From Bacteriovoracaceae bacterium UBA4573 (lineage in GTDB: Bacteria; Bdellovibrionota; UBA1018; UBA923), in NCBI GenBank assembly GCA_002387735.1, contig DGKJ01000053.1, forward strand, positions 4,129 to 68,128: a stretch of DNA of 64,000 nucleotides, given 5' to 3'. The translations under genes were made by a program, and so were the position numbers. Position 1 is the stretch's first letter. Each line of letters starts with the position of its first letter. Below, piece after piece: positions 37,367-46,933 of this stretch. Under the pieces are notes generated by a model. The model ran no database searches. It saw nothing but the letters and a program-made list of their open reading frames with translations, and was not told the DNA's origin.

Positions 37367-38118
37367 TAAGACCGATCTAATAGAGGTCGCAGAATTGGGA
37401 AATATAAATCTTCTTCGAGCGGCATTCCGAGATTTGCGCGCCGATCCTCTTCTACGAAAGTGAGGGCAGTGCCATGAACCACCGCGAGTGGGCGCGGAAC
37501 GGTACCCTCGCCCATGGCGTAGACCGCAAGTCCCGCTAGCGCATCGACATGATTAATCTGCGTCATTTTAAACGGTCTTCCGTAAAGGTCGGGGGCGCCC
37601 ACCAGATTTTCGGTGGGTTCAAAGCCCCAGAACGACAAGCCGATTCCCGTAACTCCGCGGCGTAGCGGAGTGGTGTGAGAGTCAGTTAATATCACCCCTA
37701 GGTTTTTTAGACCCCAACGCTCGCGTAACTCTTGCCATAGTTTTTGGGCCGAGGCGTAGGGGTCGATCGGATAGAGAATATAAAAGTCGCCAGCAGCATT
37801 GCTCTCATCGATCCCTGCCGCCGGAATTAAAAGGCCATGCGCTACGGTGAGCGTGGTGTTGTAGCCGATGGTGCCAAGAAAGTGTTCACATTCTCGACGC
37901 ACCAAATCCTCTTTAGATGGTGCTTCGTCCTTCAGAAGAATTCTATTCTCGGCCAGAGAAACGATTTTCGAGGTGACGGCCAACACCATGTTTTCCCGCA
38001 CCAGGGAGCGTGGCACTTGGGTCGCAATGAAATCCGCCAAGTGACCACCAACAGCAAACAGAGGCGTTTCAACGGCTTGGACAGAAATGGCTGTAGAATT
38101 CGGTTTAGTAAGAGGCAT
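37366..38118 (-). CDS. CofE-like gamma-glutamyl ligase family protein (F420-0:gamma-glutamyl ligase fold, PF01996-like)
   Basis: 250 aa. VTSKIVSLAENR, GIDESNAAG and LTDSHTTPLRRGVTGIGL resemble CofE motifs. Its stop overlaps the downstream hydrolase start, and its start overlaps the upstream transporter stop. Confidence 0.55.
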   Translation of the reverse strand: MPLTKPNSTAISVQAVETPLFAVGGHLADFIATQVPRSLVRENMVLAVTSKIVSLAENRILLKDEAPSKEDLVRRECEHFLGTIGYNTTLTVAHGLLIPAAGIDESNAAGDFYILYPIDPYASAQKLWQELRERWGLKNLGVILTDSHTTPLRRGVTGIGLSFWGFEPTENLVGAPDLYGRPFKMTQINHVDALAGLAVYAMGEGTVPRPLAVVHGTALTFVEEDRRANLGMPLEEDLYFPILRPLLDRS

Positions 38119-38848
38119 TTTTCGATTTACCGACCCACTTCATCGCAGCGTACATCAGCGGCGTATCTAGGGTAGCAAGCAAGGTTTTTAATAAAAACGG
38201 CGGGACCATGGCTTTCATTAATTCGGGCGCTGGGAGTACTCCCGCCAGAAAAATTGTCATGAAAACGACTGTGTCGATAGCCTGGCCGACTAATGTAGAA
38301 ACATTTTTTCGAAGCCAGAAGTGGCGCCCCTCGGTACGTCTGCGAATGGCATGAAAAAGCCGTACGTCGATAAGCTGGGAAATTGTATAGGCCGTAATCG
38401 AAGCAAGCACCATACGGGGAGTTAGTGAATACATTGCCGCATAGGCTTCGGACAGGTCCCGGCGCGGTGAGGGTGGTAGCAAACCCCCAATTTCTACGAT
38501 CACAAGTGCGATGACTTGAACAAAAAGTCCGGTCCAAACCATGTTGGTGGCCGTTTTTGGTCCAAAGAGTTCTGACACAATATCGCAGACTAAAAAAGTA
38601 AGAGGAAACACCAGAATTCCGGCCGAAACCGTGAATCCGCCTACCATTACCAGCTTCGAACCGATCAGATTAGCGGTCACCAGTGATCCCGAAAAAACAC
38701 CGGCCAGGAGTGTGAGGGCAAAAGCTCTTTGGTCTGTCATGTGTGGGCCATCCATTAACTTAGAGGGTCGAGCGAGTTCAACTTTATCTTTTAAAGGGGA
38801 ATTGCTTGGGGTCCCTTGCGGTGTCCACCGGTATTTGATATAACGCAT
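38105..38848 (-). CDS. VUT/YhhQ-family (DUF165) queuosine-precursor-type transporter
   Basis: 247 aa and polytopic. ITAYTISQLIDVRLFHAIRRRTEGRHFWLRKNVSTLVGQAIDTVVF matches the YhhQ family. Confidence 0.65.
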   Translation of the reverse strand: MRYIKYRWTPQGTPSNSPLKDKVELARPSKLMDGPHMTDQRAFALTLLAGVFSGSLVTANLIGSKLVMVGGFTVSAGILVFPLTFLVCDIVSELFGPKTATNMVWTGLFVQVIALVIVEIGGLLPPSPRRDLSEAYAAMYSLTPRMVLASITAYTISQLIDVRLFHAIRRRTEGRHFWLRKNVSTLVGQAIDTVVFMTIFLAGVLPAPELMKAMVPPFLLKTLLATLDTPLMYAAMKWVGKSKNASY

Positions 38849-39253
38849 GGCGGTATTAGAAAGGGGTTCAGGGGTATGTCACTTTCTCAATCTGAAAAAA
38901 GATTCACTATTTACCATAATCCACGGTGCACCAAGAGCCGGGAGACGCTCGATCGTCTAAAAAAGGCAGGAATCGAGCCGCGAGTGGTGGAGTATTTAAA
39001 AAATCCCATTTCGGCAGACGACCTTGATCGCCTCTTAAAACAATTGAAATTACAGCCTCATGACTTAGCTCGAAAATCCGAGGATCGCTACGTGGACCTC
39101 GAGTTGGCGACTAGTCCGCCGCGAACTCGCAAAGAATGGGTTCATTTGTTGGCAGCCAACCCAGTACTGATTGAGCGCCCAATTGTGACCGACGGGGAAC
39201 GGGCAGTGTTGGGACGTCCCCCTGAAAACGTCGATCGTTTGCTCACTTCCTGA
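38816..39253 (+). CDS. ArsC/Spx/YffB-family thioredoxin-fold protein
   Basis: FTIYHNPRCTKSRETLDRLKKAGIEPRVVEYLKNP carries the conserved CxxS/T motif of ArsC-family proteins. Confidence 0.7.
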   Translation: MRCPPVFDITHGGIRKGFRGMSLSQSEKRFTIYHNPRCTKSRETLDRLKKAGIEPRVVEYLKNPISADDLDRLLKQLKLQPHDLARKSEDRYVDLELATSPPRTRKEWVHLLAANPVLIERPIVTDGERAVLGRPPENVDRLLTS

Positions 39254-39393
39254 ATACATTCAAAGTGAATTAGGTACGAACTTCAAAAATAGCTTAAATT
39301 CTGACTAATTTAGTTCAATATAGAAAGTGAGCATTGTCGATCTCGTGCGCTCGTGGCACATCCTTCAAGCAACAGCCAAAAAAGGGGGTGCTC

Positions 39394-41496
39394 ATGGTTC
39401 CTGTTCTTTCCATCGTGTCGGTCGGCCTCGGAATCTTCGTCGCAGGTTTTCTAGGAATTGGCTCGGTGGCTCGCGCCGCTTTGCCAAAGCCATTGCCGGT
39501 ACCGAGCGAGATTCGAATCGTCCCATCGAGTTCGCGAACAGAAATCGCCGGAGTATTGAGTTCCAATCAAAAGCACCTGGCTTATCACTTATTGCGAGCT
39601 GGCGATGCCGGCCGAACTATTCTGTTTCATCAGAACCATCGCCACGCACTTCGACTAAAAGAAGTTCTAGAAAACGCCTTTGAAAAGGAAGCCGTGGCGC
39701 GAACGCGAGAGATCGTTGGCACGGCTGAAGCGTTTAACGAACTGTTGCACTATGGTGCAAAATTTTTTGAAAACAACGGACCCTATGAGCCCGCCAACCG
39801 TAAATTTGTGCTCACCAAGGTTACTCCGCAAGCTGCCCAGCAGTTGGTCGAAGAATTTAGCGAGCCCGACGCTAACCGATGCCGAGGTTCACAAGCGGAG
39901 GTAACGAGTACCTGCACTGATTCCGCACTCAACGAAATCGTTCGTCTGATGACCGACGAGTCTTTTGAAGTGCAGCGCTTGCCCGAAACCCCAGACGGCG
40001 ATGAACTTGCGTCTACCGGTGGTAATTTGTACGAAAAACAAATCACTGGAGCTGAGGTAAAGGAATGGCTGGAAAACGGTGGAACGATTGACTTGAACTG
40101 CCGAGTGGTTCGAGCAACTGATGCGGAACTAGCTTGTCAAAAACAAACCACCCGCACTCCGGGCCCCGTTGGAGATGCGCTGCGCCGCGTGGTGCGCCAT
40201 TTGGCGCTGGCCCTGGGATACAGCGAAACGGAACATCAAAAAAACCAGATCATATATCTAATTCGTTACCTAGAGGAAGGGAATGAAGAGGATTTTCGAC
40301 TCTCGAGTATTGAATGGGTGAAAGATCGCGGGAACTCGGTCGTTGATTTTATGATGGGTTTCGTTGAAGTCTACGAAGATTACAATGCCCGCATGGGTTC
40401 CTGGGAATCTTATGTGCAGATTCTTGATCCTAAAACTACAGAGATTTCGCTAAAACTAGCGAAAAACGCCCAGTACTTCGAAGAAAAAATGCCGTATGGG
40501 GAATTTCGAAAAAAATTTCCTCCGGAGTATTCGCCGCCGGCTCTGGTCGCGTATTACCTACAAGAAATTTCTTCGATGCGAACGGCAGGATACAATTTGC
40601 CGAATTACGATGATATTCGCCGCGACGTAGGTTTTAAGAATATCATTCGACAAGACCCACTGAGTTTAGAGCAAGATCCAATTGTTCGTGACGAGCGCCG
40701 ACAAATGTATCAGGAGTTCCTTGTTGCTTCTAAAGTCGACGAGGTTCTGGAACTCGGTCCACGCGCGAAGAAACTGAAAACTCTGTTGCATGAAGTGATC
40801 GGTCATGGCTCTGGCACATACGATGTTACGAAGTACGGAGATAAAGAAGACCCGGTTTCGGCCATGGGTTCTCCCGCAAGTTCGTTGGAAGAACAACGGG
40901 CCGATCTTACGGCGTTGGTATTCGGAGCAGATGCGAAGTTAGTTGAAGTCGGAATTTTTAAAGACCAAGCCGAAGCCGACCAAATTTTGCGAGTGTTGTA
41001 CGATGACTACATGGCCGACTTCTTGCGAAACCTGGCTAAAAATCGTTCGTTTGCGCAGTCGCATCACCGTGGCCGATGGCTTTTCATAAATAAACTGCTG
41101 GAGGCAGGAGCCATTGAATGGGCTGCAAAGGATGGAGAGCAAATCTCCGATCGGAATCGCGTTTTGAATGTTAAAGACTATGCTTTATTCCACGCGACTG
41201 CTCTAAAAACTTTGGAAGACCTTCAGCGGATTAAAGCAAGTCGTGGTGAAACTGAAATGCGGGAACTTTTTGCGAAATACGCTCCGCTCGATGCGATTAA
41301 TGAACCCTGGGCTCAAGCGATTATTGAGCGAGGGGCAAAACTACGAATGAGTAATGGCACTGTCGAGCAACCATGGAAAATGAATCGAAAGGGCGTTGTA
41401 AAGGTTTTCGGAGATTCCAGTTCAATGGAATCAATCGCTACTTTTTGGAACGCCTGTTTGTATAAACCACATTTATGTCGGGAGGCATCGGAGTAA
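39394..41496 (+). CDS. Peptidase family M49 (dipeptidyl-peptidase III-like) zinc metallopeptidase, exported
   Basis: The HEVIGH motif (HExxGH) is followed ~30 aa later by EEQRAD (the EExRAE second zinc-ligand motif of DPP III). The signal/TM segment VPVLSIVSVGLGIFVAGFLG is present. ATG at 39394 with GGGGG RBS is preferred over the track start 39334. Confidence 0.55.
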   Translation: MVPVLSIVSVGLGIFVAGFLGIGSVARAALPKPLPVPSEIRIVPSSSRTEIAGVLSSNQKHLAYHLLRAGDAGRTILFHQNHRHALRLKEVLENAFEKEAVARTREIVGTAEAFNELLHYGAKFFENNGPYEPANRKFVLTKVTPQAAQQLVEEFSEPDANRCRGSQAEVTSTCTDSALNEIVRLMTDESFEVQRLPETPDGDELASTGGNLYEKQITGAEVKEWLENGGTIDLNCRVVRATDAELACQKQTTRTPGPVGDALRRVVRHLALALGYSETEHQKNQIIYLIRYLEEGNEEDFRLSSIEWVKDRGNSVVDFMMGFVEVYEDYNARMGSWESYVQILDPKTTEISLKLAKNAQYFEEKMPYGEFRKKFPPEYSPPALVAYYLQEISSMRTAGYNLPNYDDIRRDVGFKNIIRQDPLSLEQDPIVRDERRQMYQEFLVASKVDEVLELGPRAKKLKTLLHEVIGHGSGTYDVTKYGDKEDPVSAMGSPASSLEEQRADLTALVFGADAKLVEVGIFKDQAEADQILRVLYDDYMADFLRNLAKNRSFAQSHHRGRWLFINKLLEAGAIEWAAKDGEQISDRNRVLNVKDYALFHATALKTLEDLQRIKASRGETEMRELFAKYAPLDAINEPWAQAIIERGAKLRMSNGTVEQPWKMNRKGVVKVFGDSSSMESIATFWNACLYKPHLCREASE

Positions 41497-41499
41497 TCG

Positions 41500-42435
41500 A
41501 TGAGTGCCGCTAAGGTTCAGACGGGTGACGTCGTTCGTTGGTGGGGCCCGCTCAGTGTCGCACTAGGCGCCGGGTTGTGGGGTCTTGAGTCGTTATTTCG
41601 GGTACGACTGGGCGAACATTTTCCGGCCGATCTATTGGTGTTTTACGAACACGTCATGGGCACCGTCGTTTTAGCGCCAGTACTGTGGTTCGCTCGCAAA
41701 CAGGTCGCCCAGCTTACCAAAAAGGCTGTAGGTTGGTTGCTCATTTCGGGAGTTGTCGGCTCTGCTTTTGGAACGGTGTTATTCACTGCTTCGCTTAAAC
41801 ATCTCAATGTTTCCGTCGCCACCGTACTGCTAAACTTACAACCACTCGTTGCGATTTCAATGGCTTCGATTCTTTTAAAGGAAAGAATGGCCAAGGGATT
41901 CGCGTGGTGGGCTGCCTTGGCAGTGGCCGCGGGTGTGGTGATAACGTTTGAACATGTCGAAAATTTTAGAGTCGAAAATCCCGTCGGAATACTTTGTGTG
42001 TTCGGTGCTATTTTGTGTTGGGGTACCGCCACAGTAGCGGGTCGTGGCCTTATGCGCGAAACCTCAATTTGGGTGGCCGCACCGTTGCGGTTTGCCGTTG
42101 GGATGTTGGCTACCCTCGGTGTTGTTGTTTTTGGTGGCCGCTCAGAGTTGATGGTCGAAAAAATACCGATTCTGGGTGAAGGCGACATTATAAAACAATA
42201 CGCGCTTCTTTTGTTTGCCGCGGGCATTACGCCGACCTTTTTTTATTTTGTAGGACTTAAATACACTCGAGCTACGGCTGGCGCCTTCTGTGAAATGATT
42301 CAAGCGATTGTTGCAGTTTTGGTGGCATGGATCGTACTGGGTGACGCGCTAGCTTGGCACCAGATTATCGCAGCAGTGGTGTTGGTGGTGTCGGTAACCA
42401 TGATTAATTTATTGCAGGCACGAGATAAATCATGA
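41500..42435 (+). CDS. EamA/DMT-superfamily transporter (10 TM)
   Basis: 311 aa with two EamA-like 5-TM halves. An RBS (GGAG) is present. Confidence 0.7.
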   Translation: MSAAKVQTGDVVRWWGPLSVALGAGLWGLESLFRVRLGEHFPADLLVFYEHVMGTVVLAPVLWFARKQVAQLTKKAVGWLLISGVVGSAFGTVLFTASLKHLNVSVATVLLNLQPLVAISMASILLKERMAKGFAWWAALAVAAGVVITFEHVENFRVENPVGILCVFGAILCWGTATVAGRGLMRETSIWVAAPLRFAVGMLATLGVVVFGGRSELMVEKIPILGEGDIIKQYALLLFAAGITPTFFYFVGLKYTRATAGAFCEMIQAIVAVLVAWIVLGDALAWHQIIAAVVLVVSVTMINLLQARDKS

Positions 42436-43268
42436 CTGAGAATCGTTCGGAATTTTGGAAATTAACCTTAGTGGTTTTTGGGCTATTGTTCGGTTGGGTC
42501 GCGCTTTGTCGGGCCGACGATAAAACACTCACGCTAAAGGCCGGCTCTTGGGAAAAGAGCTACACATTGAAGCAGCTCCAAGAGTTGCTTCCTATGACGG
42601 AACTAAATGTTTATGACCCGGTTTATAAAAAGGAAATGAACTTTGAGGGGTTCTTGCTGAGCGATGTGTTGGGGCTAATGACTTCGGCCAACCTTACCAA
42701 GAACCTGGGCCAGGAATTAGTGTTTACCGCGGAAGACGGGTTTGCCCCGTCAATGTTTTTGCCCGATCATCGGAACCAACGAGCAATTGTCGCGTTTGGG
42801 GAAAAAGGGAAAAATGGCGGTTGGTCGGAATTCGAAACCGGAAAAACCACGACCACTCCCGCGCCATTTTATGTTGTGTGGCAAAGTTCTAAGTTAAAAG
42901 AAGAGCGTTATCCTCGGCCCTACAAACTAGTTAAGTTGGAAGTGGTAAACTTGCGGGAAAAATTCCCGAAGGTGTTTCCGACGGGTAATACTCATGAAAA
43001 GGTTTTTCGGGGCTTCACCACGTTTAAGCAACATTGCTTAATGTGTCATTCAATGAATCTCGAGGGCGGCGAAGTGGGACCAGAGCTCAATATTCCAAAA
43101 AACATCACGGAATATCGCAGCGAAAAAACATTGCGAAATTTTATTCGCAGCGCGAAATCATTTCGCGCCAAGTCAAAGATGCCAGACTTTCCCCAGTTGA
43201 CTGCTCGAGAGCTTGATGGCTTGATGGCGTATCTCAAATACATGGGTGGTCAGAAAATATTGCAGTAA
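42432..43268 (+). CDS. c-type cytochrome domain protein (single CxxCH) with N-terminal domain of unknown function
   Basis: Heme-binding CLMCH (QHCLMCHSMNLEGGEVGPELN) is present, with Met ligand candidates downstream and a signal peptide. ATGA overlap with the upstream gene. Confidence 0.6.
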   Translation: MTENRSEFWKLTLVVFGLLFGWVALCRADDKTLTLKAGSWEKSYTLKQLQELLPMTELNVYDPVYKKEMNFEGFLLSDVLGLMTSANLTKNLGQELVFTAEDGFAPSMFLPDHRNQRAIVAFGEKGKNGGWSEFETGKTTTTPAPFYVVWQSSKLKEERYPRPYKLVKLEVVNLREKFPKVFPTGNTHEKVFRGFTTFKQHCLMCHSMNLEGGEVGPELNIPKNITEYRSEKTLRNFIRSAKSFRAKSKMPDFPQLTARELDGLMAYLKYMGGQKILQ

Positions 43269-43312
43269 ATAGTTTTTGGGGTTTCTGATCACAATTCTAG
43301 AGGGGGGAATTC

Positions 43313-44350
43313 GTGTTCTTTTTTATTTCAAAAAAAATTAGTTCATCTTCGATCATGGGCTTGGGGCTCATGACGACAGTAGGTTTAACAGGTCTGAGCA
43401 TTGCGTCGAACCTGGCGTGGTCAAACGAGCGGTCGAACCCACCTGGTGCTGAAGGCGGGGCAATGATTCCTGCGCTCGATTCGCGCACCAAGGAGCCGCT
43501 CGACTTAGATAAGCTCGACTACGACAAAGACGTAAAAAATGCCGCTGACCATGTTTCAAAATGGTTTTGGGCAGAATTTGGCCAAACACCACCGCCTGGT
43601 CTTTTAGAAACCATGACGAGTGCGGAATACGAAGATATTTTAAAAACCATTGCTGTTTACGACGAAACTTCTGCGAGACGTCTTGAACTTGAGCGCACCG
43701 CTAATCGCGAAATTCTAATGAAGAAAGCGTTTCTTGAGCCGACTTCAATGGTGTTTCCTTACGAAGAGCGTATGAATGGTTACGCTCGTCGCTTCGAGTA
43801 TTATATGGATGCAGAGTTAATGCTAAAATATGATCCGAACCAAAAAATGCCTTTGGATCCTACGGCTCCGGAGTTGCCACACATGATTTCCACGGCGACC
43901 GAGGCTCGCATCCTGGCCTATCGCGAATTGCAGCAAGCATATGTGGAAATGGTGAAGTACTCCGGCTGGAGTCCTTGGCTAGGTAAAATTGCGGCGTATG
44001 CCCACAAAGTTTCGGGTGGAGTGAAAAAAATTCTACCTAAAGAACTAGGTGCGGCAGCCGGCGCCGGTGGCTTAGGCTATCTAGCAATATCAGGTGAACA
44101 AGCAGAATTTTCTTCGCAGCTCGCGGTGTTTTCGAGTAGCGCCGTTGTAGGCGGCGTTGCTGGCTACACCTGTGCATTGTTGCTCTCGGAAATTCCAAAA
44201 GGTGTTGTGGGCTGGTGGATTATGCCAACCATCAACGGCTGGACCGCTCCTCGATATGCTAGAAATGTATTTCGAAAAGCATTTAGCCAGTCCGCGCGTG
44301 CTAAAGAAGCCCGCATTCGTTTAGAAACTTTTGGTAAACGAAAAAAATAG
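43313..44350 (+). CDS. Hypothetical protein
   Basis: 345 aa. No recognisable family. The start is uncertain (the track M corresponds to GTG). Confidence 0.3.
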   Translation: MFFFISKKISSSSIMGLGLMTTVGLTGLSIASNLAWSNERSNPPGAEGGAMIPALDSRTKEPLDLDKLDYDKDVKNAADHVSKWFWAEFGQTPPPGLLETMTSAEYEDILKTIAVYDETSARRLELERTANREILMKKAFLEPTSMVFPYEERMNGYARRFEYYMDAELMLKYDPNQKMPLDPTAPELPHMISTATEARILAYRELQQAYVEMVKYSGWSPWLGKIAAYAHKVSGGVKKILPKELGAAAGAGGLGYLAISGEQAEFSSQLAVFSSSAVVGGVAGYTCALLLSEIPKGVVGWWIMPTINGWTAPRYARNVFRKAFSQSARAKEARIRLETFGKRKK

Positions 44351-44353
44351 TAA

Positions 44354-45667
44354 TTAGCGTTTCAATAGGTCTTCACGGGGTGGTGTCCAGTTCGGTACGA
44401 ATCTTGGACATTTCCCCGGGGGATCGTTGATGATCATTTCCGGAAAATCTCGGCCTTCACTTCGGTCATATCTCAAATCTCCCACGATCCATTGGCCCGC
44501 ACCTTGCCTCTTGATGAACGGTACCCGATAAAACTTCATTACCGCGGAAAACTCGCAGTTATGGTCGTAGAAACTGCGTAACCGCTCAAGTGGTAGGCGC
44601 GTTTCACCCACCCACTGAAAAAGCCCTGCCTTTTCGAATTCCAACGCCTTAGACTGAGTCACAGGTTTCAGATCGGCAGTGAACTTTGCCGAACTAAAAA
44701 TGCTAGGGCACAAAGACGCGGGCACTAACCAGGATGCGAAGGCGACGGTGAAACGACGTGCTACGTAGTCGGTACGGTCTGTTTCGACGCTCGTGCCAGT
44801 CCAACAAAACGGATTTAACGGGAGCGGTGTTAACGATACGTCGAGAACGGTCGTCCCGAATGCGTGGCGCAGCCAGAGTCGAGTGCGCTGATCCATAGAG
44901 ATTGAAAAGGAACGGAGAAAAAAAACCGGGATGAGTAGCAATACCAATACCCAAGCGGTGCTTTGTTGTCGGTGTCCTTGAAACCAGTTTCGCCAAAGTT
45001 TGAACGAAACAACAACGGATACCAGCCAAAGAGCAACCGACCCCCAGTGGGTGGCGCGATACTGCACCATTAGATACAGCAGTCCCCCGAGCAGCGTAAA
45101 TATCAGCGCCCGCACAAATTTGCTGCTAAAGCGAAAATAAGCAAACGGAAGTCCAATCGCCCATATCAGGGGTTCGACAATGAAAAGCGAATCGCCGTAA
45201 ATCCAAGAGTTCCAAAAGGGCCAAAATGGATGCACGCCGTAGTTGTTCCAAGAGTCGGCGAATACGTGAGTGCTGATCCCCAGTGCCGCCGCAAAGAAGA
45301 GCACCCCAAAAGGTGCGTTTAGTGATTTAAGCGATTTAAAGCCAGAGAGCCAACGAAGCAGGGCTGCTAATATAGCAGCGCCCGGTAAGGCGAACGCAAG
45401 CGTGTGGGTGTGGCCGCGGTGGTGAAGAATTTGACCAATTCGTTCGCCAGAAGCCGAGGTGGTTATTCGAGTGTAGGCAAAATCGAGATCGGGCAAATTA
45501 TTTGCAATTAGAGATGCGAGCAGTATGGGGCGGCTGTATTTTCTTAGTTCCGGTTTAATCGCGGTGATAGCTTCGGCGCAAGCAAGTCCGACGAGGGAGT
45601 GGGTGATGTTGTCCATTCTACTGGTATCCTTTTTGGTTTTCCCCTGGCTCAGGTGATCTCGAATCAA
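44354..45667 (-). CDS. Membrane-bound metal-dependent hydrolase (YdjM/DUF457-like) with extended C-terminal domain
   Basis: The N-terminus MDNITHSLVGLACAE.. is typical of DUF457. Multiple TM segments are followed by a ~180-aa soluble C-terminal region. Confidence 0.45.
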   Translation of the reverse strand: MIRDHLSQGKTKKDTSRMDNITHSLVGLACAEAITAIKPELRKYSRPILLASLIANNLPDLDFAYTRITTSASGERIGQILHHRGHTHTLAFALPGAAILAALLRWLSGFKSLKSLNAPFGVLFFAAALGISTHVFADSWNNYGVHPFWPFWNSWIYGDSLFIVEPLIWAIGLPFAYFRFSSKFVRALIFTLLGGLLYLMVQYRATHWGSVALWLVSVVVSFKLWRNWFQGHRQQSTAWVLVLLLIPVFFLRSFSISMDQRTRLWLRHAFGTTVLDVSLTPLPLNPFCWTGTSVETDRTDYVARRFTVAFASWLVPASLCPSIFSSAKFTADLKPVTQSKALEFEKAGLFQWVGETRLPLERLRSFYDHNCEFSAVMKFYRVPFIKRQGAGQWIVGDLRYDRSEGRDFPEMIINDPPGKCPRFVPNWTPPREDLLKR

Positions 45668-45687
45668 GTATACTCGTAGATCAGAGT

Positions 45688-46893
45688 ATGCCCACCCCGT
45701 TTCGTGCTTTGAAAGACAAAAATTTTCGCGGGTTCTTTTTGGCCCAACTCATTTCGATGAGCGGTACTTGGACACAAGGAATCGCTCAGAGTTGGTTAGT
45801 GTATAAACTCACACACTCCGGTTGGTGGCTGGGTGTAATCATGTTTTGCAATCACTTTCCGGCTTTCGTAGTTAGCCCGATCGCCGGAGTTTTTGCAGAC
45901 CGAGGTGAGCGACGCCACTTATTGATGGTCACTCAGTGTGTTCAAATCACCCAGGCGCTCGTGTTGGCCGGCCTAGTGTTCACACATCTAATTCAGCCTT
46001 GGCATATCGCCGTACTGGCCTTTCTGCTCGGAATTATGGAAGGCATCGACATCACAGTTCGTCACACTATCACTCCTGATCTCGTCCAACGAAAAGATCT
46101 ACCTGGGGCAATCGCGTTACAGGCCGTAAATAATAATTTGTCGCGCATATTGGGACCCACGATCGCTGGAATTGTAATTGGAACGGTGGGCGACGCTTGG
46201 TGTTTCGTCGTGAACGCGGTTAGTTTTTTTCCGATGATATTTTGGCTTATTACCGTTCGATTAAAACGCAATACTGCGGGTTCTCCGGAATCGACACTAA
46301 AGAGTGCCTTAATCACTGGGGTGGCCTACGTTCTTAAAACGCCCTTTGTTTTTAGATTGATCGCCTTGTCGACGTTTGTCTGCATCGTGCTATCTATGTA
46401 CACCGCGCTTCTTCCTATTATTGCGAAATCGGTTTTAAAGGGTGATGCGCAAACTCTTGCCTGGCTCACCGGTATGTTAGGTCTCGGTTCGGTCGGAGGT
46501 GCGTTGTTATTCGGGCGAACGGCCGCGGCCGAGGGGCAGAGATACTACTTAAAACGTTCAGTTTTAACATTCGGAATAGGAATTCTCGGACTCGCGCTTG
46601 CGACTCGAGTGGAATTTGCTTCCGCGGCAATGTTTACGATTGGCTTCAGCCAAATGGGCATATTTCCCAGAATTAATTTGTTGTTAAACCATACTGCAAT
46701 TGAACAAATGCGCGGGCGAGTGATGGCCGTTTACACCATGACTTTTATGGGAACGGTGCCGTTTGGGGCACTGATCAGCGGGTGGTGCGCAGATCGTGTG
46801 GGCGCTCCGATGGTAACTGCCGTAGCGGGCTTGATAGCGATCGCCGGTGGCGGTGCGCTTTATTGGATGGAACGGGGAGAAAAGATAAAGTGA
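45688..46893 (+). CDS. MFS transporter (12 TM; EntS/enterobactin-exporter-like subfamily)
   Basis: 401 aa. MFS motif A-like segments are present, with overall topology similar to the MFS_3/EntS family. Confidence 0.75.
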   Translation: MPTPFRALKDKNFRGFFLAQLISMSGTWTQGIAQSWLVYKLTHSGWWLGVIMFCNHFPAFVVSPIAGVFADRGERRHLLMVTQCVQITQALVLAGLVFTHLIQPWHIAVLAFLLGIMEGIDITVRHTITPDLVQRKDLPGAIALQAVNNNLSRILGPTIAGIVIGTVGDAWCFVVNAVSFFPMIFWLITVRLKRNTAGSPESTLKSALITGVAYVLKTPFVFRLIALSTFVCIVLSMYTALLPIIAKSVLKGDAQTLAWLTGMLGLGSVGGALLFGRTAAAEGQRYYLKRSVLTFGIGILGLALATRVEFASAAMFTIGFSQMGIFPRINLLLNHTAIEQMRGRVMAVYTMTFMGTVPFGALISGWCADRVGAPMVTAVAGLIAIAGGGALYWMERGEKIK

Positions 46894-46933
46894 ATCTCCG
46901 AATAGTTCTGAGTGCAGTTTTCGGCTACTAAAC

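Noticed and set aside
41643-42227. 194-aa ORF antisense to the EamA transporter gene
   Set aside because: It lies entirely within and opposite a well-supported 10-TM transporter CDS. Its amino-acid composition is Ala/Thr/Pro-biased and mirror-like, typical of a shadow ORF.
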